Source: Tagaea sp.
Lineage (GTDB): Bacteria; Pseudomonadota; Alphaproteobacteria; CACIAM-22H2
Length of the DNA: 64,000 nucleotides
Assembly (NCBI GenBank): GCA_965279525.1
Contig: CBDIIB010000005.1
Span: 1,760,001-1,824,000 of the forward strand
Direction: 5' to 3'
The notes below the pieces were generated by a model. That model saw only the letters and a list, made by a program, of their open reading frames with translations, made no database searches and was not told the DNA's origin. Every line of letters begins with the position of its first letter. The first letter of the stretch is position 1. Both the position numbers and the translations under genes were made by a program. Below, one piece after another: positions 61,489 through 64,000 of this stretch.

Positions 61489-61527
61489 TGTATATACTGT
61501 TGTCATACAGTCGTAGAATGTATGACA
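61489..61527. promoter_or_regulatory. Operator-like repeats upstream of the peroxidase operon
   Basis: TGTATATAC, then a perfect inverted repeat TGTCATACA-N9-TGTATGACA (61501-61527). Confidence 0.55.
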
Positions 61528-61626
61528 TGACGCGTGGCGCACCGACCGCCCCGCCGGCGGCCCCGGCGCGGGGTCGCTTCGACAGGCTTCATCGCGCGGC
61601 CGAAGGGCGCTAGCTTGTTTCGCAGG

Positions 61627-61974
61627 ATGGCGACTCCGATCTATCACATGTGCCGGCGCTCCGAATGGGCGGCCGCCCAGGCAAGCGGCAGTTACGCCGG
61701 GTCTTCGCAGGACCAGGCCGACGGCTTCATCCACTTCTCGACCGCCATACAAATAGTCGCCAGTGCCGCGAAGCATCGCGCCGGCCAGGACGATCTCGTG
61801 CTGATCGAGGTGCCGGCCGAGTCGCTCGGCGACGCGCTGAAATGGGAAGCCGCGCGCGGCGGCGCGCTGTTTCCGCATCTCTACGGCGCGCTGGCGGTCG
61901 GGCACGTGACACGCCATGCGCCGTTGCGCCTCGGCGCCGACGGCCGTCACGTCTTTCCGTGGGGGCTTGCATGA
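61627..61974 (+). CDS. DUF952 family protein
   Basis: IYH, D..DGFIHFST..Q, LKWE, FPHLYG.L; usual partner of pyrD. Confidence 0.88.
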   Translation: MATPIYHMCRRSEWAAAQASGSYAGSSQDQADGFIHFSTAIQIVASAAKHRAGQDDLVLIEVPAESLGDALKWEAARGGALFPHLYGALAVGHVTRHAPLRLGADGRHVFPWGLA

Positions 61975-63038
61975 ACTGGTACGACCTCGCCTTTCCACTG
62001 GTGCGCGGCCTCGATCCGGAAGCCGCACACGGGCTCGCGATCCGCGCCCTTGCCGGCGGTTTCGTGCCCACGCCGGCACCGGTCGACGATCCGGCACTGC
62101 GCGTGAAGCTGTGGGGGCTGGATTTCCCGAACCCTGTGGGTCTCGCCGCCGGCTTCGACAAGGATGCCGAGGTGCCCGACGCGATGCTGGCGCAGGGCTT
62201 CGGCTTCGTGGAGATCGGCTCGGTCACGCCGCGCCCGCAGCCGGGCAATCCGAAGAAGCGGCTCTTCCGTCTCACGGCCGACGAGGGCGTCATCAACCGG
62301 CTCGGCTTCAACAGTCGCGGGCTCGACGTGGCCAAGGCCAATCTTTCGGCCCGCAAGCGGCGCGGCATCGTCGGCGTCAATCTCGGCAAGAACAAGGAAA
62401 CCGAGGATGCGGCCGACGACTACGTGAAGGGGGCACTCGCCCTTGCCCCGTTCGCCGACTATCTCGTGTGCAACGTCTCGTCGCCCAACACGCCGGGCCT
62501 GCGCGCCCTGCAAAGCCGCGAGGCGCTCGACGGGTTGGTCGTGCGCGTGCAGGAAGCGCTCGCCACGCTTGGCAGTCCGCCGCCGCTGGTCTTCAAGATC
62601 GCCCCCGACCTTACCGACGCCGATCTGGAAGACGTCGTGCGCGTGGCGCTCGAGCGCAGGCTCGCCGGCCTCATCGTCGGCAACACGACTCTGTCGCGCC
62701 CCGACACGCTCGCCGATCCGCAGAAGGGCGAGACCGGGGGCCTGTCGGGCCGGCCGCTGATGGCGCTTTCCACGCGGATGCTGGCGAAGACCCGCCGCCT
62801 TGCCGGGCGCGATCTGGTGCTGGTCGGCACGGGCGGCGTGGCCGACGCGCGCGATGCCTATGCCAAGATCCGCGCCGGTGCTTCGCTCGTGCAGCTCTAT
62901 TCGGCCCTCGTCTATCGCGGGCCGGGGCTGGCCGCACGCATCTGCCGCGAACTGCCCGCTTTGCTGCGCGCCGACGGTTTTGCGAGCGTGGCCGACGCGG
63001 TCGGGACCGGATCGGCGTTGACCGACGCGCGCGGATAG
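61971..63038 (+). CDS. pyrD: Quinone-dependent dihydroorotate dehydrogenase
   Basis: NPVGLAAGFDK, NRLGFN, NVSSPNTPGLR, KIAPDL, GGLSG. Confidence 0.96.
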   Translation: MNWYDLAFPLVRGLDPEAAHGLAIRALAGGFVPTPAPVDDPALRVKLWGLDFPNPVGLAAGFDKDAEVPDAMLAQGFGFVEIGSVTPRPQPGNPKKRLFRLTADEGVINRLGFNSRGLDVAKANLSARKRRGIVGVNLGKNKETEDAADDYVKGALALAPFADYLVCNVSSPNTPGLRALQSREALDGLVVRVQEALATLGSPPPLVFKIAPDLTDADLEDVVRVALERRLAGLIVGNTTLSRPDTLADPQKGETGGLSGRPLMALSTRMLAKTRRLAGRDLVLVGTGGVADARDAYAKIRAGASLVQLYSALVYRGPGLAARICRELPALLRADGFASVADAVGTGSALTDARG

Positions 63039-63055
63039 GGAATACCGGACCTTAT

Positions 63056-64000
63056 ATGTCGCCGATCTCCCTCATCCTGCCGGCCGTCGCCTATGTCGCC
63101 GCGAGTTTCGCGGTCGGCTTGACGACGGGCATCCCGCTCGGGCTCGCCGTCTTCGCCGCCGGTGCGGCCGTCCATGCCATCGTCGTCGCCGGGAAGCTTG
63201 CCGGCGACGTCGACAACGCGGTGCGCGCCCAGGCCCAGATCCGCCGCGAACTGGCGGCCGCGCGCGAGGAAGCGCGCGGCATCCTCGAGGCGATCGAGAG
63301 TGCGGCGCGCACGCGGCCCGACCTCGGCCATGTGATGGGCGAGGTCAAGGTGCTGCAGGGCCTCGTCGAGAAGCTGTCGGGCCAGCCGGTCCCGCACGCC
63401 GACGCGCCCGCCAAGCCCGATCCGTCCTACGGCGACGCGCAGGTGCTCGACATCGTGCGCGATGCGCTGCGCGAGAACCGCGTCGAGCTCTATGTGCAGC
63501 CGATCGTCGACCTGCCGCAGCGCCGCCGCCGCCACTTCGAGTGCTTCAGCCGCGTGCGCGCGCCCGAGGGCAACGTCATCGGGCCGGAGCGCTATCTGGC
63601 GCTGGCCGAGAAATACGGCCTGGTCACCGCGATCGACAACATGCTGCTGTTCCGCTGCGTGCAGCTCGTGCGCCGCATGCAGCGCACGAACGCGGGTGCC
63701 GGCATCTTCATCAACATCTCCGAGCACACGCTTGCCGATACGCGCTTCTTCGCCGAGTTCGTCACGTTCATGGCGCAGAACGCCGACCTTTCGCACAACC
63801 TCGTCTTCGAGCTGGCCGAGGGCCACACGCGCCGGCTGACCGAGATCCAGTGGGCCGAGCTCGACCGGCTGGGCAGCCTCGGCTTCCGCTTCTCGATGGA
63901 CCAGGTCGCCGACCTGCGCTTCGATCCGGCGGCGCTGGCCAAGCGCAATTTCCGCTTCGTCAAGGTCGACGCGCGCAAGCTCGTCGATTTCGCCAACGGC
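63056..64000 (+). CDS. Membrane-anchored degenerate EAL-domain protein (TipF-like), runs off window (not in ORF track)
   Basis: Translated by hand: two TM, coiled coil, YVQPIVDLPQR...FECFSR, IDNMLLFRC, FSMDQV, FVKVD. Confidence 0.75.
   Translation, partial: MSPISLILPAVAYVAASFAVGLTTGIPLGLAVFAAGAAVHAIVVAGKLAGDVDNAVRAQAQIRRELAAAREEARGILEAIESAARTRPDLGHVMGEVKVLQGLVEKLSGQPVPHADAPAKPDPSYGDAQVLDIVRDALRENRVELYVQPIVDLPQRRRRHFECFSRVRAPEGNVIGPERYLALAEKYGLVTAIDNMLLFRCVQLVRRMQRTNAGAGIFINISEHTLADTRFFAEFVTFMAQNADLSHNLVFELAEGHTRRLTEIQWAELDRLGSLGFRFSMDQVADLRFDPAALAKRNFRFVKVDARKLVDFANG

Overview
GC-rich alphaproteobacterial chromosome segment. Gene content and order (gltD before gltB, kdsD-lptCAB-rpoN-hpf-ptsN, FzlA- and TipF-like genes, a ROSE element) fit Rhodospirillales or relatives. 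Most of it is housekeeping: an AfuABC-type ABC transporter, gpmI-envC-ctpA-yibQ-rppH, a Cpx-like two-component module, an SxtJ/SxtK/carbamoyltransferase/SGNH cluster, hsp20, tRNA-Leu(CAG), glutamate synthase, an MCP-cupredoxin-diheme peroxidase trio and pyrD. The standout is a compact ~12.4 kb podovirus-type (T7/BPP-1-like) virion module at 45.8-58.3 kb. It has portal, scaffold, capsid, tail tubular A/B, one small internal protein, tail fibre, large terminase and holins. I see no integrase, replication genes, small terminase, large ejection proteins or att sites. It has host-type sigma70 promoters, a divergent CI/LexA-like repressor with a repeated candidate operator, and a near-consensus SOS box. 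This makes it a candidate domesticated short-tailed gene transfer agent-like system. Seven small frameshifts at 14-24 kb look like read errors. All calls are by eye from motifs; no database searches were run.
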